DNA of 64,000 nucleotides, taken from contig CM060733.1 of assembly GCA_030704615.1 (NCBI GenBank), positions 13,206,001-13,270,000 of the forward strand, written 5' to 3'. Of the stretch, positions 27,043 to 37,680 are shown one piece after another. A program made the position numbers and the translations under genes. The notes below the pieces were generated by a model. It searched no databases and was not told the DNA's origin. It saw nothing but the letters and a program-made list of their open reading frames with translations. This DNA comes from Takakia lepidozioides. Its lineage: Eukaryota; Plantae; Bryophyta. How positions within the stretch are numbered: position 1 is the first letter of the stretch; every line of letters starts with the position of its first letter.

Positions 27043-27251
27043 ACATCGGCTGGTAGCTCAGCTGGTAAGTGCACAATGTGTGTCACTCAGGTGGTTCGAG
27101 GTTCAAACCCGCTGCCCTGCCCCGTGTGTGGGATTGTTCGTCCCGTAGGTCTCATGGCCCATAAATGAAAGGGGGTTAATCTTTCCCCCTCCTCAAGGGC
27201 CTGAATTGTGGGCTGTCGCTCCCATATTTCCTTAAATAAATAAATAAATAA
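27043..27251 (+). mobile_element. tRNA-derived SINE
   Basis: Pol III A box TAGCTCAGCTGG (27054-27065) and B box GTTCAAACC (27101-27109), a ~120-nt non-tRNA body and a (TAAA)n tail. The 3' body recurs at 21873-21955 and ~31445-31490. Confidence 0.85.
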
Positions 27252-29479
27252 CTGTCAGGTTTCTTTTTATGTATATATATATGCGAGATCTAAAGAGGTA
27301 TTGTTTGGGTTATATGACATTTAAGGAATGATATATATGTAACATTTGTTTTAGCTGGGATTGGAGCTTTCTTATAGCTCAAGGCTCCCTAACAACACAA
27401 CAAAAAGAGAAAAGACCTAGCACATAAAGGCTATGAAGTCACATAAAGGCCCTTATATACCCTGATTAGATATAGGGCTCTGAGAGTGATGGACAAGTGG
27501 TAGGAAAGAGAAAAGTTGCACTATGCGTTCCACAGCCATAAATGCAACAACACAGCTTTCTTCTATAACTTTTCTCAACAATTCAAAGAGTCGTGTTTTG
27601 GATATCATATCCTCCCTGCACTGTGACCATGCATGAAACCTCTAAACACATTCGCGATCCCCTCCCTCTCTTGGACTACGCATTTCTTTGGCAAACACTC
27701 CTTTTAATTGGCACCATCAGTCCTCTCGTACTTACTGTAGATTCACTCAAGTACTTCGAACATGACTACTGAGGCACTACCATCAATTTGGCCTTGTCCA
27801 CGTTTTCCATCGACTATCTAGAAAGTTGGTTTATTTTCTTGCGCTGTTACTTGCAACAGTCGTGTGGTTCCATTGGCAATAGCCACCTCCTACCATTGCA
27901 TGCATCCTGCTAGGTTATGCAATGGACAGGTGGCCCACTATGCAATCACCACAAGTTGCTCCCTACCAATGTTGGGTGGGTACATAGGTCAGATTGCTAT
28001 TTATCGTCCCAACACCTACCTAGGCAGGCTTGCATGTACCTTGGGCCCTCCTCAAGACTTGCATAGGCGGTTTAGGGCTTTACCTGGCCCGCGGAATGCC
28101 TTGAACATTTGGGTTACTAGAGGAATCTGTAGGTGGGCCTGGGCTTGTGAAAGTGAGGAGATCCAAGACGTATGGGCAAGGCGTATAGGCAGGTGGGCTC
28201 GAGCTATGATGGCTAGTGATAGTGGGGGGAACGAGGGCATGTGGGTGACGAGGGTGGGTGCGAAGCGGGCCCAGGCTCTGATGGCTAATGACAACAAATG
28301 GATCAGTGGAAATGTGTGGGCAGGTGGGCCTAGTCTGGTGATGGACAACGAGGGAAATGAGAAGCGCACGGATCTTGAACCATTGGATGGCAATTTTCAG
28401 TGGCATGAGGGGGCGACTGCGAGGTACCAAACGACGTACAAACACATGTTGAGGACTTGCAAGCTAAGGAAGCAGCTTGTTAGAGGGCACTACTTACGGA
28501 GCTACATGTAAACCAAAAATCTAGCACCTATGTATATTTTTTAATATTTGGGCATTCTACACGCTGAATGATCCTACCATGGTTGTGGATCAAGTTTGGC
28601 CTCAACAAATGCGATGTATTGTTGCCACTCCAACCATCAAGAGAATAAGAGTACAAATGAATACCCACTTCATAAAGGGGTTGGTGATATGTAACAATGA
28701 CAATAGCACAACTGCAGCAATGACTAGATATGTAACACAAGAACATGCCTAGGTACAGGAGTATGCCAAAAAGCGTAAGAAATCCTCAGGCCTTCCCCAA
28801 CTCTACAACGACGCAACCGCGTGAGCCTCGCGCATGATCGTACGCTCACACGTGGCATGAGCGTTATGCCAGCAGGTTGCCATGGTTTTGAATGCTGACA
28901 TGACGCCACGTCAACATCCGCCACGTCAACAGAAACATATGACGCCTATACTCGAGGGTCCTATGACCGTGGGATGAACTTAGGCAACATGAAATCAAAA
29001 TACCATCAAGAATACCATCAAAATACCCGAAAAGAGAAATAAGCCTAAAACTGTGGCATCCATTCTACAACATTCTGCAATTATAATTGTAAGTTTTACA
29101 GTAATAATTACAAGGAGGGGAAAAAAAAAACCTCATAAGGCTCCATAGAGGCTGACCCAGGAAGACCCTGCTTCCTCCCCAAATAACGAAGAGAAGAGGG
29201 ATCACGGTATCAAAAAGAAGCATGCAATATAGCGACACAACAGAGATACACGGTAGACCGAGATGGAAGACCAGATAATAGGAAAATAACATCCCACCAG
29301 AGGGCACATCTGCAAACACCTTCCCCCAACCATGCAGAACGCCTTACGGGACAAAGACAAAAGGTCTGAGTGGAAGATGGTTTCCCCTCAAAGCCAGGAG
29401 CCCATCTTGACGTCCAAAGGTGCCATGATGCATGAGTTCTAAGAACTTGCCACATAGAGCACACGCCAAATGCCAAAAC

Positions 29480-29742
29480 AAAGCAGAAGTGATGATCGTC
29501 GATGATCATCACGACCTCTACCAAAATGCCAAACCAGAGCAATTTTTTTTTTGGGACAATACGGAAAATTAAAAATTAAAAATAAAAATCGGTGCCGATC
29601 ATCACTTCTGCTTTGCTATGTATTTTTATTTATTTATTTTATGCATTGTTCCCAAAAAAAAAAAAAAAAAAAAAAAAACTAGAGCAGAAGTGATGATCGG
29701 TGTAGTTGTGATGATCGTCGACGATCATCACCTCTGCTTGAT
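29480..29742. repeat. Palindromic / fold-back MITE-like element
   Basis: Perfect 24-bp palindrome GTGATGATCGTCGACGATCATCAC (~29707-29730) and a near copy at ~29489-29512. GCAGAAGTGATGATCG occurs in both orientations. Internal T-tract/A-tract hairpin at 29543-29680. Confidence 0.7.
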
Positions 29743-30344
29743 ACTTGATTTCCAAACATGCAAGGGCTTAGTATGTAGATCATATCTAAATCAGTCTATT
29801 GCATCTGGGCGATTTTTACGTAAGAAAGCCTCAATTCCACTCCTGCTAACTTTGAGGGTTGGGGATCTACACTGGGAACTGCTACTACACCTTGTTATCA
29901 ACTGATACAAAAGCTTTTTGAAACTAGCACGCCCATTTTCCCTTTCATGGGAGGGATAAAGGTCTCACTTCGGCAATCACACACTTATCAAATCGCAGTT
30001 TATGACACGAGGGGCGGCGGTGGGACGGATGCTAAAGATGTAGTCTGCAATGACTGGAAAGGGTAAATCATTCCGCGGAAATAGGCACCTACCTCACGCC
30101 TTTGGGCTCATGATCTAGCATTCCTCCCTTCCGCCTGTTCTGTCCGTGGTTATAGGTCCGTGTCTATGGAAATGACGTGGCATGACGTGACGTGACGTCA
30201 ACCACGCTGGCGAGGATTGCTGACATGCCGTGACACTCGTGAACCAACGTGGCAAGAAGTGCTGACGTGGCGTGAGCCTGATTGCGCTCACGTGCTCACA
30301 CGCTCACGTGGCCAGGCTCATGCGGAGGCATCCCCCCCAACTCT

Positions 30345-30966
30345 TTAACTAGTTATTTCGGTACTGGGCAAACATACAAGAAGAGAGATCTATCGCAAGA
30401 GCGTTTTCTTGAAGATCTAATCTTGTATATGACAAGGGGTTCTCTACCTTTGAGTTTAGTAGATAATATTTGGTTTCGGCATTTGAGCTTGAGACAATGT
30501 GAATGAAATCGTCGCCAACTCACGAATGAAGCTATTCTTCCCATGGCAAAAAAATCGTTGGATCAATATGTTTTACCTTCCCTTGCAACTGTGACCATTT
30601 CATTTGACTTGTGGATGTCCCGGGGTGGATATGATATATTTGCTCTTGTGGTGAATTTTATCAATGAGCAATGGGTCCAATGTCACATCACATTGGGACT
30701 TTTTGAGGCCCACGACACTACTGGGGTCGCCATGGCAATCCAATTGAAAGAATTGTTGAGCACATAAGGCTTGTGCGACAAGGTAATTGCATATATGAAG
30801 GACGAAGGCGGAAACCTCAATACACTTATAACCCCCATAACAGATATAGTCTCATGTGCACCTCTTCAGTTGGTAGATCACTATGATGCACACTATTTCG
30901 GTTACGCAATGGCTAAATGTTGCCAATATGCTACTAATGACGTAAAGGTGTGTGTGGGGATGAGGA
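30345..30966 (+). mobile_element. hAT transposase pseudogene fragment
   Basis: FLEDLILY...LPLSLVDNIWFR; TISFDLWMSRGGYDIFALVVNFINEQW...HITLGLFE; VIAYMKDEGGNL; YAMAKCCQYATNDVKVCVGM. Stops and frameshifts are present. Confidence 0.85.
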
Positions 30967-31789
30967 GGCCGCGAATTTTCGGTAGCCATGTCATAATGAA
31001 TGTGGCTTCCTAGTCTCCCACCCCCGCACCTCCCGAGGCTCCACATGCTTGGCCACACATATCACCCCATTCCATGCCTTGGTCTAGCTCCCCAAAACTA
31101 GCTTGCCAATGCCCTAAACACTTGTGGGCCCGCCTTTCCCTTCCCTGGCCCGCCCCTACTTCCCCACCCATACTCTAAGTACTTATCTTCATGATTACTT
31201 CACGTTATTCACAAACAACTCATTGCTCAGTGTGATTTTGGAAGGGGAGCTTTAAAGTTAATGAAAAGGAGTCCCAGTGTTAGTTTAACATGCATGTAAT
31301 AGATTAGGAGGACAAAAGAAGCATAAGGTATGTCCTATCAATTTTAAAATTGTTCAAGTCAAATGTGTGAAATATTAGTATATCCCCAAAAATTTGTGCT
31401 TCTCATACTTAAAAATAAAACATATTAAAAATGGAAACACCAAAGAGCGGCCGCTCACAAATCAGGCCCCTTATTATAGTGAGAGGAGAAAATAATTATT
31501 TCATAGTACCAAGGCTCTTTTTCACATTGAATATAAACCAAACAAGCGGCTAGTCGCGTAATGGCTCCACCCTAAGACTCTAAGTAGAAAATTTCCTTGA
31601 AATGTTACATTGAAATAAGATAATCACATATTCAAAGTATATTTTAAACATGTTCTGTATAAGAGGAAAATATTTTTATTTATAAAATAGAAAGGCCCTG
31701 ATAGAACTTTATTGATATATGAATTATATATTAATGTACGATATTACACTGATCTTCAGACTTACAAATTATTAAAATATTGATGCTTG

Positions 31790-31936
31790 TTGAAATACTA
31801 ACTGGAATACTGAAATACTTGCTAAAGAACTAGCTGAAATATTAAAATACTTGCTTGAAATACTTGCTAAAAAACTTGCTGAAATACTGAAATATTTGCT
31901 GAGAATCTTTTTTGAAATACTGAAATACTGAAATTT
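31790..31936. repeat. Short AT-rich tandem repeat (CTGAAATA(C/T)T-type units)
   Basis: More than 10 degenerate TGAAATACT/ACTTGCT units. Confidence 0.8.
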
Positions 31937-32099
31937 TATTGTACTAAAATATTGTAGCCATTTGAATCTGCTGAAATGCCTCCTTGGTTTGAAGTCTGTA
32001 CCCTATATTCTGACCAATTACATAGTTTCCTCACATCCCTAGAGGTGCCAGAACATTTCTTGTGGATTCCCTCTCTTGGTCCTCTGTCAAATGGATTCA

Positions 32100-33960
32100 T
32101 CACAGTGGACGTTCCTGATTCAAACAACTGTGTGACCCCTTCCTCCAGTTGAGGATCTACTCTTGGAGGTTTCTTGTAACTACCCACAGTGACTCGGTGG
32201 TTCTCTCGTGCTTGAAATCTGGTCCTTCAAAATGGATATGTATCCAGGCTCTTTCAGCTGTCTATGCCTCCACAACACAAATGCCTAGAATCTGCCCCTC
32301 GTTGCAAGTAGCTAACGACGATTACTCATTATCCACACAGCTAACACCATCACCACCTACCAAAAAATAGCTCCCATGCTGAATTGCTGGTAACACTAGC
32401 AAAATGCGGGTGAGGGAGAGGGAGATGACAATTTGAGACAAATTTTTCAAGCCTGTTGTTTGCTTCCGCTGTAATAGAACAGAGGCATTCACCTTTTTGC
32501 CTTGATTGTCCCACCATTGACTGGGGTCTGACAAATATTCCTTCCAAAGATTCCCCTCGTCCCTAAGTGTGCTATTCAGAAATTTGCCTGCAACTACAAA
32601 AGTTGTAACATGTCAAAACATCAGACCACAAGAGATCCACCCAAACTTACATTACAAACCCCATCATGAAAAAGAGATGTTCGTGTGGTTTAAGAAACCC
32701 CTTCGGAACTGGAGAAGAAAATAAGGCCCAAAAAAGAGGTGAACACACAGTTCTCACTTTGGTCGATGTGATGGACAAGGAAACAAACCTAAGATATTGA
32801 AGAAGGAAGGCACTGTTACCAAATCCTGAAACTTTCACAATACTTACCTTCAGCTGCATCCAACATTTCCAATTCACCCTCTACCCATGCAGGTTTCTTG
32901 TAACTATCCATCCAGGTGCCTCGTTGATACTGTTGTGCTTGAAATCTGGTCCTCTAGGATGGATCTGCACCCACACTCCGTCCCTGCCTTCTTTAGTTAT
33001 TTCTGTCTATAATGAAAATGCCTAGATTCCCCTCAGTGCAAGCAGCTAACAATAATAAAACCTATACAGGGGACACCCCTCCTTCACTTACCAAATACAG
33101 TTCCCAAACTGAATTGGTGCCAAGATAAACAAAAGTGTGTGAGAGGGAGAGAGAGAGAAGGTCCTTGCCAGCAATGGCTCCAGTGTATTCTTCCTGCACT
33201 AATCCCCACTGAATACTAAATCTGTTGTGGGGTTTTAACGACCGTGGCATGGAAAAATAGCCCAAAACATTCATATACCCATGCACAGTCAACTAAACAA
33301 TCTGATAATATTATTGGCATCATGCTAGAAAGCACAGCATTCATATGAGCACTGCTACATCAGACGGCCTCCACCTTAGATAATTGTTTTGGCTGTGGTT
33401 GCCATGTCATTTTCCTTCACTAACAAGCTTCGTCCCAGGTGAGCAATACAGATTTGCCACATGCCACCTAAAAGGCCTAGTCCCAACATGATTATCTTCC
33501 TTTCAGACTGACTAGGGTCTTGAACTATTTTCCAAGTTTCTGTACATGTTAAATTTTCATACAATCTTATTCTGTGGGTATTCTGTGGAACTGGAAGGTG
33601 GGATCAGAAGGGAAGTAAATGGCTTCACAAAAAGCTTTCGTGCTGATGAGATACGAGACAGTCTGGAAGTTCCATACCAAGGCCACCTTCAGCGGAAATG
33701 AGTTTTGATCACTACGTTGGCATTTCCCTCATCCCAAAAAACTTGAGGTTGATCCAGCAGAGATTCTGGTGTAAAATAGCAGGCATTCACCTTATTACCT
33801 TGATTGTAGTACCATTGCCTGGGGTCTGCAAAATATTCATTCCAGAGTTTCTCCACATCTATATTCTGGCCGTGAAGTGTACCTCCCACCTGCCGAGACA
33901 ACGGAGGATGACCAGCTGAGAGGTCACTTCAAAAGCCGGGTGGTTTCCTTAAAGCAAGCG
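32100..33960 (-). pseudogene. OSB-like (organellar ssDNA-binding protein) PDF-motif pseudogene fragment with introns
   Basis: Two PDF repeats, each split by an intron: LWNEYFADPRQWYYNQGNK | IHPRGPDFKHNSINEA.W...SYKKPAWVEGEL and LWKEYLSDPSQWWDNQGKK | IHFEGPDFKHERTTESLW...SYKKPPRVDPQL. Frameshifts occur in both second halves. Confidence 0.75.
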
Positions 33961-34759
33961 GTAACTCAGTGTAAGAGAATAACAACCCAACAGATGTCAG
34001 AATCCCTCCACAACACCAGCAACAATTTCAAATCATCATGGGACATAAAGAATCCACATTTACAGGACAAACTTCTCCTTGTCATGTTACGCCTTCGATA
34101 AGGTCTGTGCATGAAGACGCTGTCATTCTGCATCCCCGCGCAACACACGTCTTCCCAGCAAAAAAAAAAACAACCCTACAGCTTTCTTTTAATTCTTTCT
34201 TTGAGCTCTAAAAGATCAGCAAAGGGTTATATATATATATATATATATATATGAAGGAAATTAAACCTTGCTCTTATCTATATCATAGTTTTTTATAATT
34301 CCAAATTTTAATATGAAATTACTTTCAAATATCTGCACTTCTGGCAGAATTATTATAAATAAATTTTAGACTCAGTTTTTTTATAGCATTAATGTGATAG
34401 TGCTGTAATAAATCTCATGAATTTTTAAAAGCTAAAAATATTTCATTTTTTTAAAATCCAAAAATGCTTTTGTTTAAAAATGTAAGTATTTTCTGATCTC
34501 TAAGTTTCTGCTTTCTATTTTAATGTGTATAAATAAATAAATAAATAAATAAGCCTATATAAGTTAGCCTATATAAGCATATGAATATTTACATATGTAA
34601 GATTCATTTATGGATCTTATCCAATCAAGGTACATTCAAGCTAACATTTAAGTGGGGGAGGATTCTGTGCTTCATGTAGGTACTATCTAGTGGAGGTATA
34701 TCAGGATCTTACTCATTTTTGGCACCAATGCGTGGTCTCTCCCTTATAGGGAGGAGCCA

Positions 34760-35310
34760 ATAAATATTTTTACCTTACATAAGGTTGTTCCTCAATCCAA
34801 ACATGCATGTTATTATACCCTCGAGAAGGTTGTGTTTGTCAATTTTCAATTGAATAGAATCCAAACAAATATTTTTACCTTACAAAATTGAGTTATGTTC
34901 GATGGATACCTCCCAAAAGGTTGTTCCTGTCAATTTTAAAATTGCTCAATCCAAACATTCTGGTGTATCATTCGGAAGATTGTTTAGACTATCATTTTTT
35001 AAATTGCATAACATCCAAACACATATGTTTAATACCTTACGTAAGGTTGTTTCTACAATTAGGCCATGCTTGATGGATATCTGACAAAGGTTGTTCATTG
35101 CTCAATCCAAAACATATTGGTGTACCCTCCGGAAGATTGTTTCTATTATTTTCTTAATTACATAAACCAAATAAATATGCTTCATACTTTATGGAAGGTT
35201 GTTTTTACCATTAGATTATGCTTCATGGATACCTAGTGGAAGGTTGTTCATGTCAATTTTAAAATTGCTCAATCCAAATATGTCGAGGTTATTCCTGTCA
35301 TTTTACAAAT
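34760..35310. repeat. Degenerate AT-rich tandem repeat (~45-65 bp units)
   Basis: Recurrent AAG(G/A)TTGTT...TCAATTTTAAAATTGCTCAATCCAAA units. A related copy lies at ~31327-31365. Confidence 0.7.
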
Positions 35311-36479
35311 TGCATAATGGGGAAGTAAGGGGCGGGGAGGGGAGTGCAAGGGCAGGCCAAGGGAAGGGCGGCCCACAAGTGTTTAACTTAGGACCACAAG
35401 TGCTTAGGACGACCCCACATCCAAGCCTGTGGAGCCTAGGGAGGTGCATGGGTGGGGACCCAAAATCATTATGACGTGGTTACTGAAAATTTGTGGGCAT
35501 GACGGAGGTAAATTCATTGAAGAAGGTACAATTAAGGGCTTGGCAAAAAAATAAAAAAATAAAAAAAAAATCCTTTGGACTTTGGACCCACCTGTCAATA
35601 TTTTCGTTTCTTTCAAAAACATTCGCTGGTTCACGGCTCTGAACTCTACGGTGCAGATGCTGTTTCCTGAATGATGACCTGCGTTTAGAATTGAGCGGTA
35701 AGCAGTGCACGACAGAGATGTAGCAACTTGGTAATAAGGTTGACCTTATGTTGAATTATCTCTGGCAATACGATGCCAAAAAAATTCCAGTCTCTCTTTA
35801 CGCTCCAGAATCCGTCTTGAAAATGGTGTTCTTAGCAGGACTGTGTTGAATGTGCTGGATAAGCTGGTGGTAGCAGTGTGTGACAACAAGGCTGAGGGTG
35901 TGACCTACACTGGTATTTATTTCCCTCCACGATAATCCCTTACTAGTCCATCTTGACCGGGCCAAGGGTTTTTGCTAGAAATCACCACACGTGTTTCAGC
36001 AGACTTCTTGCAGCAACTAGTTCCAACAGGGTCTTGAGTTTGCTCTATCCTTTTGAGGAAAAGAACCATTCTTATTGCGACTTAGACTCTGAAACTGGAA
36101 ACAATTGGGGATGTGCCTTACCGATAGTGAAGTTCCATCAATTGTCGAGAGAGGATTTACACCTTAATATATGGTCTCACGCGCAGCCCTAACTGAGGTT
36201 GTTGATCTTCTAACTAAAGAGGGAGAGAATGGAAACAAAGAGAATGAAAGAGCTGTGGTGGGGTTGGTGCGCTCTGGAAATCAAGACCCACTTTTGATGA
36301 TGCCAAAGCAGTGGGCTTGAGACGCCCAGGGAGGGAGGAGAGAGAATGTCGACAAGTTACAGCACTTTGCTAATCCTCCCCAAAGTGAAATCAACAATCC
36401 TTGGTCTGAGAACTGATTTGACCACTGTTTGCTTGTGCAAATAGGCTAACTTGGACTAGCGACTGTTCTTGAAAAAACG

Positions 36480-36945
36480 AAAAATTTGGCGTGGGTGGGT
36501 CCAAAGGACCCTTATTGTTTTTTTTTCTGTTTTGTTTTGTGAAGGCCCTTACGGGGTCACTGGAGCAGGAGGTGGCGACTTCAAGTGCCCCACCTGCCTC
36601 GTAGATGTTCTCTTGACTTGTCTAAATTCCACCGAGGCCTTGTGAGCTCCGGAAGAATTTTAGAACCCGCCAAACGAGACTTTAAGACAGCTTCGTTGCG
36701 TTCTTCTTGGCTTTTCTCTTTACTTCACCGAATTCCCCATAGGCCTTGTGAGCTCCCGAGGAATGTCGACACGCCAAAAGCTTCCTTGTGAGACGCCACA
36801 AAGTCCAGTACATGAAAACTGACAGTGGCGCTCCAGCGCAGTTTAGCTTCCATCGCTTCCTTGTGAGACGCGAGAGAGGCCATTGCACCAAAACTTGTGA
36901 AAAATTATTGACAAGATGAGTCCCTCAGGTCCATGTATAGTTTGA
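36480..36945 (-). pseudogene. Diverged, frameshifted copy of the orphan SHK-repeat ORF
   Basis: MASLASHKEAMEAKLR...SGAHKAYGEFGEVKRKAKK...QVGHLKSPPPAPVTP*. Its 3' flank (CAATAAGGGTCC..TTGGACCCACCCACGCCAAATTTT) is shared with 40897-40970. Confidence 0.75.
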
Positions 36946-37369
36946 TGGTTTCACGTCTCACAAGGAAACGATGGAAGCTAAGCTGCGCTTGATGGTTTTG
37001 CAAGTGGGGGAGACACACCTAGCATTGCTGAGAAGCAGCTTCTAACTCCTTCTGATAAAATACTTGTTGCCAAAGTGCTGGAAACTATTGATGGTATATT
37101 TCTTAATCACAATGGTCACCATGCTACCACATCCTTAGTACAGACGTTTGGATGGATTGATCCCTTGTGTAGAAGATTTGCTTTGCATGTTATGTGAGTA
37201 CTCATGTAAGGGTTTCTAATCTGCATTCACCAAATTGACATTCACCAGCCGTATTTTTTCCATCGATAAACCTATCAGGATGATCCTAGAAGGTTTGTCT
37301 CATGCAGAAAGATAGAGACAGACAGAGAGAAACCCTTATTACATCCATAACTCGAGACAGTCCCCAAGA

Positions 37370-37680
37370 GAGGATCTTTCACCATCACCAGTAACCATAC
37401 GGACACACCCTGTTTCTAAATTGGCAAAAACGATTAGCATCCCTTGCTGAACTTGCTGGCTAATGTGGAAATCACCACACATGGCCAGTTTTTCACTGCA
37501 GTAGCAGAGACCCACATCATAGTGTATGTCAGGAACATACCCGGCCCCCTTGTATATCCAACTCCATGTAGATCTCCCAGTTTGTGGGTGTGATCTATCC
37601 TCTGTAATGAATGTATGTACCCTGTTATTCACCTCAATCCAGATGCACCCTGGCTTCTTCACACCTGACTTTTGTCGCCT
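37370..37680 (-). pseudogene. PPR protein E/E+/DYW-domain remnant
   Basis: GVKKPGCIWIEVNNRVHTFITEDRSHPQT...GAGYVPD...LCYCSEKLA..MCGDFH, with large deletions and frameshifts. Confidence 0.85.

Larger units (their letters stand above)
30967..35498. mobile_element. Non-autonomous TIR element (Pack-MULE-like), ~4.5 kb, ~190-bp TIRs, carrying gene fragments
   Basis: 30967-31170 is an imperfect inverted repeat of 35318-35498. Flanks ATGA-GGA and ATGACGGA look like an ~8-bp TSD. A hAT-like reading (M.EV.SLK) resumes after the right TIR. Confidence 0.6.

Noticed and set aside
27043-27120. Possible tRNA gene
   Set aside because: A and B boxes are present, but there is no convincing acceptor or anticodon stem, and it continues into a repeated body with a (TAAA)n tail. 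Called a SINE.
27864-28511. 215-aa ORF
   Set aside because: Low-complexity G-rich degenerate repeats, a non-ATG start and no recognisable motif.
31790-35310. Regularly spaced repeats as a CRISPR-like array
   Set aside because: Units are degenerate AT-rich tandem repeats without unique spacers or cas genes, in a eukaryotic context.
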